In this document: positions 1 to 8,199 of the stretch, piece by piece | Position numbering within the stretch: position 1 is the first letter of the stretch | Layout: the number at the start of each line of letters is the position of its first letter | From: Nitrososphaera viennensis EN76 | GTDB taxonomy: Archaea > Thermoproteota > Nitrososphaeria > Nitrososphaerales > Nitrososphaeraceae | DNA: 32,000 nucleotides | Assembly: GCF_000698785.1 (NCBI RefSeq) | Contig: NZ_CP007536.1 | Span: forward strand, 360,001-392,000 | Reading direction: 5' to 3' | Made by a program: the position numbers and the translations under genes | The notes under the pieces: generated by a model | Told to the model about the DNA's origin: nothing | Databases searched by the model: none | Seen by the model: the letters and a program-made list of their open reading frames with translations, nothing else

Positions 1-441
1 GGTAAGCCACATCGCAGGCATCACTGCAAACAGGATCGACGCAATTATGGCCACCTTTCTGCCATAGCGCACGTCTGCTATCTTGTAAATCAGAAAAGTG
101 TCCGCAATCGCAAGTAGGCCCATGAGCACCCTTGGCACGGAGTAGAGCGCCTCCATTGATTGCGGGTCTGCAGTAGGGTTGAGGGAAGACGGGTACCCGA
201 TGCTTCCAAGCACTGCGCCGAGGAATATCTGGCCAAAGTACGGGTGGTCGTAGAACGTGCCGCTGTCTTGCGGGCTCCCGGTGTCCAGCAGGTACATGGC
301 CCTGCGCATGTATATTCCCTCGTCATAAAATATGTCCGGAAAGCCTGTGACATTTACGAGGTGAACGATGCCAGAAAGCGCAAGCACAGCAAGCAGCATC
401 TTTTTCCCTCCAAGGGAACGCAATATTGTCGCTTGCTGCAT
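1..441 (-). CDS. Membrane glycosyltransferase, GT39/PMT_2 (ArnT-like) type; 5' part only, gene continues past the left edge
   Basis: The frame is open to the window edge, so it is absent from the ORF track. Minus-strand ATG at 441-439 (alternative ATG 399-397) reads MQQATILRSLGGKKMLLAVLALSGIVHLVNVTGFPDIFYDEGIYMRRAMYLLDTGSPQDSGTFYDHPYFGQIFLGAVLG... This is an N-terminal TM helix followed by the DEGxY / FYDHPYFGQ loop pattern I associate with PMT_2/ArnT-type transferases. By-eye call. Confidence 0.5.
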   Translation of the reverse strand, partial: MQQATILRSLGGKKMLLAVLALSGIVHLVNVTGFPDIFYDEGIYMRRAMYLLDTGSPQDSGTFYDHPYFGQIFLGAVLGSIGYPSSLNPTADPQSMEALYSVPRVLMGLLAIADTFLIYKIADVRYGRKVAIIASILFAVMPAMWLT

Positions 442-550
442 GACGGAATTGATGCGTGTGCCACCTATTAGAACTGTATAGAAACTATCTTCATCATATG
501 TGTGTGAAAGACATTAATTCTCAATCGGTTACGTAATTGCTCATATACAT

Positions 551-1621
551 ATGGCACGCACGGCAGTCGTGGCAATAACCAAGCACGGGATCGAGATAGC
601 CAGAAAGATAAAGAACAGAATGCCGGAGGTGGAAATCTATGTCCCGGCAAAGCACAGCGACGGCGGCACAGACATTACTTGGTTTTCAGAGCAGAGCACG
701 CAGCTTGTCGCCGGCCTGTTCAAGTCGCATGACGCGCTGGTATGCGTGTTTTCGCTTGGCGCCGTGATCCGCATGGTCGCGCCATATCTTGTGGACAAGA
801 AAAGCGACCCCGCAGTGATTGTAATAGACGACAGGGCAAACTATGTCATCAGTGCGCTTTCAGGCCATCTTGGCGGCGCAAACGCTCTTGCACGGCTTGT
901 CGCTTCGTTCTTGGGAGCAAAGCCCGTCATAACAACGGCCGCGGATGTCAACGAAACTATTGCAGTTGACCTTGTGGGCAGGGAATTTGGCTGGACTATA
1001 GAGAATTTTGACAACGTTACGCGTACAAGTGCCTTTATGGTAAACGAAGAAAAGATCGCCGTCTACCAGGATGCCGGCGAGCGCAACTGGTGGCAGGGCC
1101 AGCAGCTTCCAAAAAACGTCACTGTGGTCAATGACATCGACAAAGTCAAGTCGCCTGACTTTAAAGCGGCCCTTGTCATTACAGACAGGGCAATAGTCGA
1201 TCAGGACATCATGGCCAAGTCTGTCGTGTACAGGCCAAAGACGCTTGTAGTCGGGATCGGCCTGCACTGGGACACGAGCAAGGAAACCATAGAGTCTGGA
1301 GTAACTGCAGTCTTTAGGGAAAAGGGCCTGGCACTCAAGAGCATACGCAACATCGCAAGCGTCGACCGCGGGTCAAGGGTCAAGGGCCTCGACGAGTTTG
1401 CAGGCCAGTACGGGATGCCCGTTCAGATATACAAAAAGGAAGAACTTGCCAAGGTAGAGGTGCCAAACCCGTCGCCGGCCGTGCAAAAGTTCGAGGGGAC
1501 GGCAAGCGTGTCGGAGGCTTCGGCCATCCTGGACTCAAAGGGCGAGCTGATAGTGCAAAAGCAAAAGTTCCCGCCAAACCTCACCGTGGCCGTGTGCAGG
1601 GTTGCTGCAGCAGGTCAGTAA
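551..1621 (+). CDS. cbiG: Cobalt-precorrin-5A hydrolase CbiG
   Basis: 356-aa ORF with ATG start. N-terminal AVVAITKHGIEIARKI, central LSGHLGGANALA and C-terminal CobE-like GTASVSEASAIL segments are typical of CbiG. It lies directly upstream of the cbiX/cbiC fusion. Confidence 0.85.
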   Translation: MARTAVVAITKHGIEIARKIKNRMPEVEIYVPAKHSDGGTDITWFSEQSTQLVAGLFKSHDALVCVFSLGAVIRMVAPYLVDKKSDPAVIVIDDRANYVISALSGHLGGANALARLVASFLGAKPVITTAADVNETIAVDLVGREFGWTIENFDNVTRTSAFMVNEEKIAVYQDAGERNWWQGQQLPKNVTVVNDIDKVKSPDFKAALVITDRAIVDQDIMAKSVVYRPKTLVVGIGLHWDTSKETIESGVTAVFREKGLALKSIRNIASVDRGSRVKGLDEFAGQYGMPVQIYKKEELAKVEVPNPSPAVQKFEGTASVSEASAILDSKGELIVQKQKFPPNLTVAVCRVAAAGQ

Positions 1622-3102
1622 GAAAGATATTTTATCCCAATGCATGCACACATTTTTTGCAGTTGAAGAAGAGGGCGCTTCTTATCGTCGACAGGGGCAG
1701 CAGGGAGCCGGAGGTCCGGCAGGAGATGCAAGAGATATGCACGCTTGCCAAGGGCAAGGCAGGATATGACTTTGCCGATTATTGCTTCCTTGAAGTGCTC
1801 CCGCCGTTCATCGACGAGGGCATAAGAAAGTGCGTTGACGCCGGCGCCGAGGCGATAACCGTGATGCCCTATTTCCTCTACCCCGGCATGAAGCTCAAAG
1901 ACACGGTAAAGCAGAGCGCCAGGATAGGCCGCGACATGAACCTGAATCTTGTCATCACAAGGCCGCTCAGCTACCATCCGATGATGCCCGAGCTTGTGTC
2001 AGAGCGCCTAGCCGAGCTAAAGAAGGAAAAGGACATCCGCCTTTCCGACGACCAGTGCGACGTGCTCTTGATAGGGCATGGCAGCAGCGACAGAAACGCG
2101 CACGACGCGTTCGTGCACACTGCCGAGGCGATAAGGCCACGCTACCGGAACGTGCACCACTGCTTTTTGGAGCTTGACAGCCCAAACATCGAGGAAGGAG
2201 TGATGCAGGCAGTGGCCATGCAGCCAAAGGTTCTCCTAATGATGCCGTATTTCCTGCACAGGGGCGCCCACATCAAGCGCGACGTCGTAAACGACGTTGC
2301 GGCCGCGCTTGAAAAAGCGCAGTTCAAAGGTGCCTACATGGCAAGGCACCTCGGGGTCGACGACAAGCTGGTCAACCTCGTAGTCGAGCGCGCCAAGGAG
2401 GTGGAAAACCGTCAGGGTCCGGACGGGAGTTTCGGGACTGCCGCAAGCAGGAGCATGACGGAGAGGGCCTTTGACATTGAAAAGAGGAGCTTCGAGATAA
2501 TCGACTCTGAAGCCGGCCCGCACGGCTACAATTCCATGCAGTGGCCAATCGTGCGCAGGGTTATTCATGCAACTGCCGACTTTGACTTTGCCGGCAGTGG
2601 CAAGATGCTGTTCCACGAGCGCGCAATCGAGTCCGCGTTTTCCGCTATAAAGAACAGGTGCACCATAGTCACGGACGTCGATATGGTGCTTGCGGCCATC
2701 AACAAAAAGTCGCTTTCCGACCTTGGCCTCAAGACTGCCTGCTACATCTCTGACAAGGGCGTGGCAGAAGAGGCAAAAAAGCTTGGCAAGACCCGGTCCG
2801 AGATGGCCATGAGGCATGCGGCAAAGGAGATGGACGGCGGGATTGTAGTCATTGGCAACGCGCCGACCGCGCTCCTGGAAGTCATTTCGATGGCAAAAGA
2901 AGGCGTGACAAAACCCGCGCTCGTAGTCGGAATCCCCGTGGGCTTTGTGTCTGCGCCCGAGTCAAAGGAGGCGCTTGCCCGGACCGACGACATGCCGTTC
3001 ATAACAAACGTCGGAAGAAAGGGCGGCAGCCCCGCGGCATCGTCAATAATCAACGCGCTTCTTTTGCTGTACCAGAATAATGATAGTCAGCGGCGCGAGT
3101 AG
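1594..3102 (+). CDS. cbiX: Fusion protein: two tandem CbiX-like cobaltochelatase halves plus cobalt-precorrin-8 methylmutase CbiC
   Basis: First half contains LLIVDRGSREPEV...MPYFLYPGMKLKD. Second half contains VLLIGHGSSDRNAH...MPYFLHRGAHIKRD. From about aa 288 there is a CbiC/CobH part: VIHATADFDFAG, VVIGNAPTAL, VVGIPVGFVSAPESK, GGSPAASSIINAL. ATG 1594 overlaps cbiG by 28 nt. In-frame TTG at 1657 or 1663 (giving M-KKRALLIVDRGS) are plausible alternative starts. Confidence 0.8.
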   Translation: MQGCCSRSVRKIFYPNACTHFLQLKKRALLIVDRGSREPEVRQEMQEICTLAKGKAGYDFADYCFLEVLPPFIDEGIRKCVDAGAEAITVMPYFLYPGMKLKDTVKQSARIGRDMNLNLVITRPLSYHPMMPELVSERLAELKKEKDIRLSDDQCDVLLIGHGSSDRNAHDAFVHTAEAIRPRYRNVHHCFLELDSPNIEEGVMQAVAMQPKVLLMMPYFLHRGAHIKRDVVNDVAAALEKAQFKGAYMARHLGVDDKLVNLVVERAKEVENRQGPDGSFGTAASRSMTERAFDIEKRSFEIIDSEAGPHGYNSMQWPIVRRVIHATADFDFAGSGKMLFHERAIESAFSAIKNRCTIVTDVDMVLAAINKKSLSDLGLKTACYISDKGVAEEAKKLGKTRSEMAMRHAAKEMDGGIVVIGNAPTALLEVISMAKEGVTKPALVVGIPVGFVSAPESKEALARTDDMPFITNVGRKGGSPAASSIINALLLLYQNNDSQRRE

Positions 3103-4481
3103 GACGCGCAGCTGCCCACAAGCCTTTCTGCAAGCATGTTGTTCTTGTTTGCAAAGTGCAGGTGCATGTACGCCGCAAGGCCGGTTTCTCCGATGACAAA
3201 GCCGTCCTTGCCGTCAATGACTCCTTTTCCCTTTTTCATGGTGTACGCAAACCTGCTGTCCTTGGAAATGTCCTCTACTGTAGAATAGTGAAACTCGTGG
3301 CCGTGCAGGCTTGCCCTTCCAAAGACCGGGCCGTCACAGTCAGCCTCGGTGTAGTTGAGGGTGAGGCGCGAGGTCATGAGCGTGTCAGCGTCAATGAGCC
3401 CTGCCATCCTGCGTGCCTTTTTCTCACCTTTGTACCCGCTTATCGAGCGCGTCAGGTACATCAGCCCGCCGCACTCGCCGTACACCGGCATGCCTGCGTT
3501 TACCGCCCATGCGACCGACTTTATCATGGGCCTGTTCTTCTCCAGCCTGTCTGCAAGCACTTCTGGAAAGCCTCCGCCAAGCATAATGCCGTCTATTCCC
3601 TCCGGCAGGCTGGCGTCGTTTACCGGGCTAAAGAAGACTAGCCTTGCGCCTGCCCTCTTTAGCGCGTCGAGGTTGTCTGTATAGTAAAAGTTGAACGATT
3701 CGTCAAGCGCGACCGCTATCGTGGCTCTTTTCTTTGGCGCCTTTTTGATTGCGGGCGATGATGATGCAGCAGGAAGCGGGCCTGTCCCGCACGCCTTTAG
3801 AATTGAATCGACGTCGATCTGCTCTGAAACGTATTTTGCCGCGTCAAGTATTGCGGCGCGTCTTTTCTTTTGCAGTTCCTGAGCAGGCACGAGCCCGAGG
3901 TGGCGCTCCTCCATCTTTATTTCGCTATTGCGCCTGATGATGCCAAGCACCGGCGCCCTCCTGACCTTTCCTGCAAGCGCCTCTCTCAGGTAGCCTGCGT
4001 GCCTGTCGCTTGCCACGTTGTTCAGGATGATGCCGGCAATCCTGATGTTCCTGTCAAAGTGCATAAAGCCGAGGGCAATCGCCGCGATGGACCGCGCGCT
4101 CTTGCTGGCGTCGACTACGAGTACCACCGGCGCGCCAAGAATCCTTGCCACGTGCGCAGTGCTTGCAAAGTTGTCCTTTCCTGACATGCCGTCAAAGAGG
4201 CCCATCACACCCTCGATGACTGCCACGTCGGCGCCCTCGCACGCGGAATTAAAGCAGTCGATGACTCCGCGCCTTCCCATGAGCCAGACGTCAAGGTTGC
4301 GCGACCTGCCTCCTGTGACAAAATCGTGATAGGAAGGGTCGATAAAGTCTGGCCCGACCTTGAATGGCTGGACTGCAAGCCCCCTTTTTTTGCGCAGGGC
4401 GTGCATTATTGCGACTGCGACGGTGGTCTTGCCCACCCCGCTTGTCACTCCTGCGACCACTATCCTGGGGATTGCTGCCAT
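3087..4481 (-). CDS. cbiA: Cobyrinate a,c-diamide synthase CbiA (CobB-type)
   Basis: 464 aa. N-terminal P-loop IVVAGVTSGVGKTTVAVAI and a C-terminal glutamine amidotransferase part with YGECGGLMYL and GHEFHYS. Its 3' end overlaps the convergent cbiX-cbiC ORF by 16 nt. Confidence 0.85.
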   Translation of the reverse strand: MAAIPRIVVAGVTSGVGKTTVAVAIMHALRKKRGLAVQPFKVGPDFIDPSYHDFVTGGRSRNLDVWLMGRRGVIDCFNSACEGADVAVIEGVMGLFDGMSGKDNFASTAHVARILGAPVVLVVDASKSARSIAAIALGFMHFDRNIRIAGIILNNVASDRHAGYLREALAGKVRRAPVLGIIRRNSEIKMEERHLGLVPAQELQKKRRAAILDAAKYVSEQIDVDSILKACGTGPLPAASSSPAIKKAPKKRATIAVALDESFNFYYTDNLDALKRAGARLVFFSPVNDASLPEGIDGIMLGGGFPEVLADRLEKNRPMIKSVAWAVNAGMPVYGECGGLMYLTRSISGYKGEKKARRMAGLIDADTLMTSRLTLNYTEADCDGPVFGRASLHGHEFHYSTVEDISKDSRFAYTMKKGKGVIDGKDGFVIGETGLAAYMHLHFANKNNMLAERLVGSCASYSRR

Positions 4482-4501
4482 GCAACAATAATTGTTGCAT
4501 G
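4479..4501 (-). promoter_or_regulatory. Perfect 10-bp inverted repeat CATGCAACAA-TAA-TTGTTGCATG enclosing the cbiA start codon
   Basis: Read directly from the sequence. The left arm 4479-4488 contains the complement of the cbiA ATG (4481-4479). It lies in the 31-nt gap between the stop of the bPH-SHOCT gene and cbiA. Confidence 0.5.
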
Positions 4502-4512
4502 ATAGTATTAAC

Positions 4513-5376
4513 TTAGCTCAGGGTCTCGGGGAACTTTTGCTTGCATGCGGAGCAGAACGCCGCGTCGTTGGTGGTCAGCGTGTCGCATGCGGGGCACATC
4601 TTCCACACGTTGGTCTCTGCCTTGAGGTCCTTGCCGCAGTCCGGGCAGAACTTGGACGCCTGAGGCACGGTTGCAAAGCCGCAGTAGCGACATGCGATCA
4701 TCTCTTCCTTTGGCTTTTCTACTTCCTGTTGGACCGCTGCCGGCTTTGGAGGCTCGGTCTTTATCTCTAGCTGTGGTTGTGGCTGCGGCTGGACGACTGA
4801 GACAAGCGTTTCGCCGCTTATCTGAGGCTTGATGCCCAGCATCAATTCCTCTTTGAGGATGGCAAACTCTTCTTCTGTTATCATGCCTTGGTGCTTCATG
4901 AGCGCCAGCCTTTCGAGCCTGTCAAGCGTATCTAATTTGGGTTTTTCCAGCTCAAGTCTCATCGCGGGCTCGGGATGATGAGGACCTTGCTTGGGTGCTG
5001 CGGCCTTGCGGCTTGCCAGCTCACCTCTCATGCCCTTCTGGATGAGCGAGCTTACCTGCAGCGCCACCTGCTTGTCGACGGCGGGCAGGTCGATGTGCTG
5101 GAAGGATGCGCGGGGCTTTAGGAGTATCTCCGTGGAAAACACGCCGCGCTTTAGCATGACGGTGGCAATCTCCTCGTATTTCACGGCAATGATGTTTGCC
5201 CGGAGGCCAAACATCTTGGGATCTTTGAAAAGCACGCGGCTTGTGGTGATGTATATCTTGTCAGGCGCCGAAATGGACCCACCGGGGGCGACCTTGGACT
5301 GCGAAGCTACAAGAAGTATCTCTTCCTTGGGCATAAGCAGGCCGGCTATGTCTGGGTCCATCCTCTCTAGCATCAT
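4513..5376 (-). CDS. Uncharacterised multidomain protein: bPH-like N-domain, SHOCT motif, PQ-rich linker, C-terminal double zinc ribbon
   Basis: 287 aa. The N-terminal EEILLVASQSKV...DKIYITTSRVLFKDPKMFGLRANIIAVKYEEIATVMLKRGVFSTEILLKPR has a bacterial-PH-like pattern. LDRLERLALMKHQGMITEEEFAILKEELM matches the SHOCT consensus. QPQPQPQ is a linker. CRYCG...CPDCG...CPACD...CSACK gives four CxxC pairs. Confidence 0.6.
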   Translation of the reverse strand: MMLERMDPDIAGLLMPKEEILLVASQSKVAPGGSISAPDKIYITTSRVLFKDPKMFGLRANIIAVKYEEIATVMLKRGVFSTEILLKPRASFQHIDLPAVDKQVALQVSSLIQKGMRGELASRKAAAPKQGPHHPEPAMRLELEKPKLDTLDRLERLALMKHQGMITEEEFAILKEELMLGIKPQISGETLVSVVQPQPQPQLEIKTEPPKPAAVQQEVEKPKEEMIACRYCGFATVPQASKFCPDCGKDLKAETNVWKMCPACDTLTTNDAAFCSACKQKFPETLS

Positions 5377-5500
5377 ATTCGATCGACAGAGACCTCTACT
5401 CTTTTTACTAAAATAGATGATGTAAGGAGGTTCTGGATGTTTCTACTAGGACCGGGCAGGTTGGTTTTTTTATCCCAACCCGGCCTTTGTGAGATCGTAT

Positions 5501-6037
5501 ATGCCTTCGGACAAGGCTCCAGTCATAGTCTACACGGGCAAGGGCAAGGGCAAGACTACCGCGGCGCTTGGAATAGTGCTCCGGGCGGTGGGCCATGGCC
5601 ACAGGGTGGGCATGATCCAGTTCATCAAGGGCGAGTGGTACTATGGCGAGCTGACAAGCTCAAAACGTCTGGAGCCAGAGTTTGAGATGATAGCCGCCGG
5701 CAAGGGGTTCGTTGGAATCATCGACGACGACCACTCGATAGAGGAGCACCAAAAGGCGGCGCAAGAAGCAATAGAACTTGTCAGGGAAAAGCTTGCGTCA
5801 GGGGCATACGACGTCATGATACTTGACGAAGTAAACTATGCGGTCAAGCTCAACCTGATAACCGTCGACGACGTCCTTGGCATAATCGCGGCCAAGCCCG
5901 ACAAAACCACGCTTGTCCTGACGGGCAACCACGCGCACGAAAAGGTAGTTGAAGCTGCCGACCTTGTCACCGAAATGAGGGAGGTGAAGCACCCTTACCA
6001 GAAAGGCATCAAGGCCCGGAAGGGCATCGACTTTTAG
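5501..6037 (+). CDS. cobO: Cob(I)yrinic acid a,c-diamide adenosyltransferase (CobO/CobA/BtuR type)
   Basis: MPSDKAPVIVYTGKGKGKTTAALGIVLRAVGHGHRVGMIQFIKG P-loop region, VMILDE, and C-terminal HPYQKGIKARKGIDF. The track ORF begins at GTG 5489. ATG 5501 is in frame and preferred. Confidence 0.85.
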   Translation: MPSDKAPVIVYTGKGKGKTTAALGIVLRAVGHGHRVGMIQFIKGEWYYGELTSSKRLEPEFEMIAAGKGFVGIIDDDHSIEEHQKAAQEAIELVREKLASGAYDVMILDEVNYAVKLNLITVDDVLGIIAAKPDKTTLVLTGNHAHEKVVEAADLVTEMREVKHPYQKGIKARKGIDF

Positions 6038-6057
6038 AGATTTTGCACTATGGATAA

Positions 6058-6076
6058 CCTGAGGGCATCCCTCAGG
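6058..6076 (+). other. Hairpin CCTGAGGG-CAT-CCCTCAGG between the cobO stop and the aIF2-alpha promoter
   Basis: 8-bp perfect stem with a 3-nt loop, 21 nt after the cobO stop. Function unknown (terminator-like or insulator). 8-bp stems are expected several times per window by chance. Confidence 0.3.
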
Positions 6077-6082
6077 GCAACC

Positions 6083-6090
6083 TTAAAGTA
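6083..6090 (+). promoter_or_regulatory. TATA-like box (TTAAAGTA) for aIF2-alpha, leaderless spacing
   Basis: A/T box centred about 29 nt upstream of the TTG start at 6116. Confidence 0.4.
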
Positions 6091-6115
6091 TGGTCTGCGC
6101 ACCGCGTAAAATGAT

Positions 6116-6925
6116 TTGTCAGCCGCTCAAGAGGCCTCTAAACTCCCGGACGAGGGCGAGATAGTCATTGCCACCGTAAAGGAAGTCACGGGCCACGGCG
6201 CCTACGTGACACTTGACGAGTACAACAACATGACGGGCTTTCTGCACATTTCCGAGATTGCGACCGGCTGGATACGAAACATCGAGCGCTACGTCAGGCC
6301 AAAGCAAAAGGCAGTGCTGAAGGTAATCCGCGTCAACAGGGCGAGGGGGGAGGTCGACTGCTCGCTCAAGCAGGTCTCCGGCGAGGAGCGCAAGTCAAAG
6401 CTCATCGAGGTAAAAAAAAGCGAAAAGGCCGACGCGTTCATGGACTTCATAAAAGCCAAACTAAAGCTTTCAGACCAGCAGGTGGCAGAGATAGAGGATA
6501 AAGTCCTGCAAAAGTACGACTATATCTATGACATTTTCGAGGACATTGCAAGAAAGGGCCCGGAGCTGCTGCAGAAATTCGACCTTTCTGACGACGTCAA
6601 GAAGGCGATGGAGGAGGAGAGCAACAAGATCCAGGTGCCACACGTCGAGGTGAGGGGCGTCATGGAGATATCCTCGAAAAAGCCGGACGGCATCGAGATC
6701 ATAAAAAACACGCTTGCAGGTGTGGAGAGCAGCAAGGGGGGCGCCACGACAGAAATCACGTACGTAGGCGCCCCGCGCTACCGCATAGTGGTAACGGCAG
6801 AGAATTTCAAGGTGGCAGAAAAGTCGATGAACAACGCGGTGGAAAAGATCCGCTCTGCGATTGAAAAGCAGCACGGCGCGTTCAACTTTATACGCGAAGA
6901 ATCGAAAAAGTCGCACCAGGGATAA
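6116..6925 (+). CDS. eif2a: Translation initiation factor aIF2 alpha subunit
   Basis: S1 domain GEIVIATVKEVTGHGAYVTLDEYNNMTGFLHISEIATGWIRNIERYVRPKQKAVLKVIRVNRARGEVDCSLKQV within a full-length 269 aa. TTG start, no in-frame ATG upstream. A TATA-like box lies about 30 nt upstream. Confidence 0.9.
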   Translation: MSAAQEASKLPDEGEIVIATVKEVTGHGAYVTLDEYNNMTGFLHISEIATGWIRNIERYVRPKQKAVLKVIRVNRARGEVDCSLKQVSGEERKSKLIEVKKSEKADAFMDFIKAKLKLSDQQVAEIEDKVLQKYDYIYDIFEDIARKGPELLQKFDLSDDVKKAMEEESNKIQVPHVEVRGVMEISSKKPDGIEIIKNTLAGVESSKGGATTEITYVGAPRYRIVVTAENFKVAEKSMNNAVEKIRSAIEKQHGAFNFIREESKKSHQG

Positions 6926-6933
6926 AAAGAGGC

Positions 6934-7113
6934 ATGAAGCACCTCATCCGCAAGTGCACCGCCTGCGGCGCGTACACGCTTGCAAATACCTGTCGCAAGT
7001 GCGGCGCGCAGACTGTCGACCCTCACCCACCCAAGTATTCGCCGGACGACAAGTACGTGCGCTACCGGGTGGCCGAGCGCTACGAGGAAGAAAGCGACAA
7101 GGATTATAAGTAA
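6934..7113 (+). CDS. nop10: H/ACA RNP component Nop10
   Basis: 59-aa ORF below the track cut-off: MKHLIRKCTACGAYTLANTCRKCGAQTVDPHPPKYSPDDKYVRYRVAERYEEESDKDYK. It has a CxxC...CxxC ribbon plus a PPKYSPDDKY-RYR motif typical of archaeal Nop10. It follows aIF2-alpha after an 8-nt gap. Confidence 0.85.
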   Translation: MKHLIRKCTACGAYTLANTCRKCGAQTVDPHPPKYSPDDKYVRYRVAERYEEESDKDYK

Positions 7114-7130
7114 AGTTGCGGCCCTGACAC

Positions 7131-8171
7131 TTGACCGCGTTGTTGAGATTTGCCATTGCAGGTGCAGGAGTGGCCGGGAGCTACCTTGGCAACATGCTCC
7201 AGAAACGCGGCCACGAAGTCCAGGTGTTCGAGTCGTTAAGGCCGGAGAACCACTGGCCGGTGTGCGCCTGGGGCGCGTCGCGGCACATGCTGGAAAAGTT
7301 TTCAGAAAAGGCGGGGCTTGACTTTGAAGACTACATCATGCACGTCGGGCAGAGGCTGCGGATGGACCTCCCTGCAGGCAAGGTGGAATACCTCGACCTG
7401 AAGGGGCTTGTCACCTACAACAAGCACAAGTGGGAGCACGACCTGATGCAGGGGCTTGAGATAAAGTACGGCGCCAAGGTTACAAAAGAGGATTTCCAGT
7501 TTGAGAAATACGACCACGTCCTTGACTGCACGGGCCTGCACCGCACGCTCTTGCCAAAGTCAGAAGAAGACTTCCTCATACCCGCGTACGAGTACCTGCT
7601 TGAAGGGGTCAAGGGTGAGGACGAGTTTTACACGATAGGCTACAAGGGCGCAAAAGGGTACTTTTGGTACTTTCCACTTGATGATGGCAGGGGCTACATG
7701 GGAGCCGGCGACGTGGAAAAGAAATACCACGGCATAAAGGAATTCTTTGAGCAACATCCTGAAGCAAAGATCGTCAAAAAAATTGGCAGGCCAATCAGGC
7801 TTGCGCCTCCGAAAAAAATGGAGCCGTTCTTTGACGGAAACGTGGTGGGAGTCGGCGAGTCCATCGGCTGCGTGTTTCCGATGCTTGGCGAGGGCATCAT
7901 CCCGTCGCTTTTGTGCTGCGACTTTTTCCTCGACGCCCTTGACGACAAGAAAGGCCTTGACGCCAAGAAATACAGAAAGAAGGTGCTCTCGTACTTTGAC
8001 TATTACGACGACGTCTACCGCATCGTGAGGCTAAAGATGGACGGCAAGCTGTCGACCATACGCCACGCAAACCTCTTGATGAGCATGTACCGCCACATGA
8101 AAAAGGAGGAGAGCCGCTTTGGGTTTGAGGTCAGCCTCGAGAAGATGAACCGGCTGGTAAACGCTTTATAG
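7131..8171 (+). CDS. FAD-dependent oxidoreductase, geranylgeranyl-reductase-like family
   Basis: N-terminal dinucleotide-binding FAIAGAGVAGSYLGNMLQKRGHEVQVFE and a late GVGESIGCVFPMLGEGI motif resembling GDAAG..P..GEGI. TTG start; in-frame TTGs at 7140 and 7143 are alternatives. Confidence 0.55.
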   Translation: MTALLRFAIAGAGVAGSYLGNMLQKRGHEVQVFESLRPENHWPVCAWGASRHMLEKFSEKAGLDFEDYIMHVGQRLRMDLPAGKVEYLDLKGLVTYNKHKWEHDLMQGLEIKYGAKVTKEDFQFEKYDHVLDCTGLHRTLLPKSEEDFLIPAYEYLLEGVKGEDEFYTIGYKGAKGYFWYFPLDDGRGYMGAGDVEKKYHGIKEFFEQHPEAKIVKKIGRPIRLAPPKKMEPFFDGNVVGVGESIGCVFPMLGEGIIPSLLCCDFFLDALDDKKGLDAKKYRKKVLSYFDYYDDVYRIVRLKMDGKLSTIRHANLLMSMYRHMKKEESRFGFEVSLEKMNRLVNAL

Positions 8172-8199
8172 CTGAGGGTAGCAGGCGCTAGCTGACAAG

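Noticed and set aside
472-550. Cobalamin riboswitch upstream of cbiG
   Set aside because: Only about 80 nt of AT-rich spacer is available, with no recognisable B12-box-like conserved core. It is too short for the known riboswitch. An 8-bp TTACGTAA palindrome (529-536) is present, but that is not unusual in AT-rich DNA.
2236-2817. 193-aa minus-strand ORF inside cbiX-cbiC
   Set aside because: The opposite strand carries unmistakable CbiX and CbiC motifs, and this ORF has no motif or promoter support. The same reasoning applies to the antisense ORFs 18206-18712 (inside serS) and 30438-30953 (inside ilvD).
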